Below, in pieces: positions 62,351 to 64,000 of a stretch of 64,000 nucleotides of DNA. Under the pieces are notes generated by a model that saw only the letters and a list, made by a program, of their open reading frames with translations, had not been told where the DNA came from and did no database searches. This DNA is from the human T2T-CHM13v2.0 reference genome, Homo sapiens, in assembly GCF_009914755.1 (NCBI RefSeq), contig NC_060926.1; one strand, 5' to 3'. How positions within the stretch are numbered: the first letter of the stretch is position 1; the number at the start of each line of letters is the position of its first letter. A program made the position numbers and the translations under genes.

Positions 62351-64000
62351 CTTCACTATGCCTAAACCAAAGTACTGAGTACATAAGCATTCATCAGAGT
62401 GAAATATCCTCTCATCCTAGAACCTTTTTATTGAATTGGGCTGTTTCAAAGGGTTACATGTTGGAAAGATAAGGTATTAACCTAAGTGTCCAAAATTGTT
62501 TTGCTGTAATGTCTTTCTTAGTTTATTATCAAATCTTCAGAGATAATTTCCTTTTTCTTCAATATAGGGGAGCTGGCTTTTTCGTGCAATGGCTTTGAAA
62601 TACCTCTACTCTCCCTAGAAGTAAAAAGGCACAAAAATGATGATATATTCATTGTCTTTCCTATTTTCTCATCAGTGTAACTCATGCTTCCATTGCTTGC
62701 AGCCAACAGATGTCACTGTTTCTGGCTAAAACAGACACACACAATCTAAAAATTCTTTGAACAAAAAGAGAGTCTAAGACACATAAGCATCTTAAAATTG
62801 ACAAAAGAAAAAGTGAGTGGAACCTACTACACAATTTGCATGGCACAAGGATCCTCCTCTTCTTGTGCCCAAGAAGTACAGTTTTGGTGAGAAAGCCCAG
62901 TGACAGAAAATCAAAAAATGAGAAACAGGAGTCAGGCCTTAATGAGCAGTCCATCAGAAAGTGATGTAATGGGGGCATAGAGTGAGAAAAGGCATTCAGC
63001 ACAGGCAAGATGAAGATGGAACAAGTGTGAGATTAATAGAAATAAATGAAACACATAAGGGAGTCAAGGAAATCTGAAATGAATTGTGAGTCTTGGGCAT
63101 GATTTCCAGAGGGACAGGAGGAGGGTGATGAGGGGCCTTGAGGGTCAGCCGGCACATATTTAGTCAGTTATAATAAGGGAAAATTGCTTCCTCATTACAA
63201 GGCTAGAAAGGATGTTGATAAATTTTTCTCCCTTTTAGATAACTGCACAGAAGTTATAATTGGTATGAGGAAGCATGGGCAGCACGGTTCAGTCCCTTGC
63301 TCAACAGGAAAACCCTAGGGGCATGTGCCAAGCTGGATGATAATGACAGCTGTGACTATCAAATCATGCAGCTGGCCTTTCAGAGGAGACGGGGGTCGAC
63401 CCCAGAGACAAACTGGTTATGTCTAGGTCTCCAAGGAGAGGAGTGAGGAACTCTTTTCCTGAAATGACCATAAAAATGACAAGTTTATTTAACAGGTATG
63501 GAGAAGGTGAAAGGAGCTATATGTAGTGGGATATTTTTAAATACAAAGTTATTCTTTCAGAGGAGATCAGGAACATGATTCCTGGGGACTTGACATTGTA
63601 TTTAATAAGAAGTTCACTAGTTTTAGATAAATATCTTATTTTCTTGTCTACTCTGATTGTATGAAATGAAGAATCAAAATGAGACTCTCTTTTCTCAGAT
63701 GTCCACAAATTTTCATAACAAACACAAACAAATGAAGATCTTAAGAATAAAACCCAAGACCTTTGTTATTTGGGAGTTATCTGGGTGCTGTCTTAGAAAA
63801 ATCTTCGCATCATAAGAAAACTTCAAAAATGTTGACAGAAATGTCCTTTTGGCTTTATGATAATTTGTCTAAATTATTTGTGACAGTTTATATAATATGC
63901 TTTCAACATTTTACAAAGTAAACTGCAGGCTCACATGTGTATGATGTTCATACAGAAACCACCCTGGTTTGTTGGTGCATTTACAGATTTAGACCTAGAT

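Noticed and set aside
62518-63008. Two overlapping minus-strand ORFs (62 and 108 aa) in unique DNA
   Set aside because: No recognisable protein family or convincing splice structure; lengths are compatible with chance.

Overview
AT-rich, repeat-dense primate (hominoid-type) genomic DNA, intergenic or deep intronic. I cannot recognise any host protein-coding exon, tRNA, rRNA or CRISPR. The only real long ORFs come from three young, co-oriented (+) LINE-1 insertions of L1PA3/PA2 type: (A) a 1.1-kb 3' fragment at 20830-21950; (B) a 2.6-kb 5'-truncated copy at 23559-26185 with a 14-bp TSD, where an ATG inside the TSD opens a 797-aa endonuclease-less ORF2 (RT to C-terminus); (C) a 5.4-kb promoter-less copy at 51643-57046 with a dead ORF1 but an uninterrupted 1275-aa ORF2, nested in a Tigger3b. 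These copies share variants that differ from the human L1Hs sequence as I recall it, hinting at a lineage-specific, possibly non-human ape, L1 subfamily. The rest is older repeats: L1M/HAL1/L2/MIR, MaLR and ERV LTRs (including an LTR-int-LTR MLT1H with three nested insertions), Tigger/MER DNA transposons, Alus (one with the AluYd 12-bp deletion), a twin-primed inverted L1MA and microsatellites. Non-repeat candidates are a CpG-retaining ETS/RUNX island overlapping a possible minus-strand exon (~14.3-14.8 kb), a hairpin cluster (~17.7 kb) and small templated-duplication scars. I found no evidence for a wholly new biological system. Subfamily names come from recalled consensus sequences, and old-repeat boundaries are approximate.
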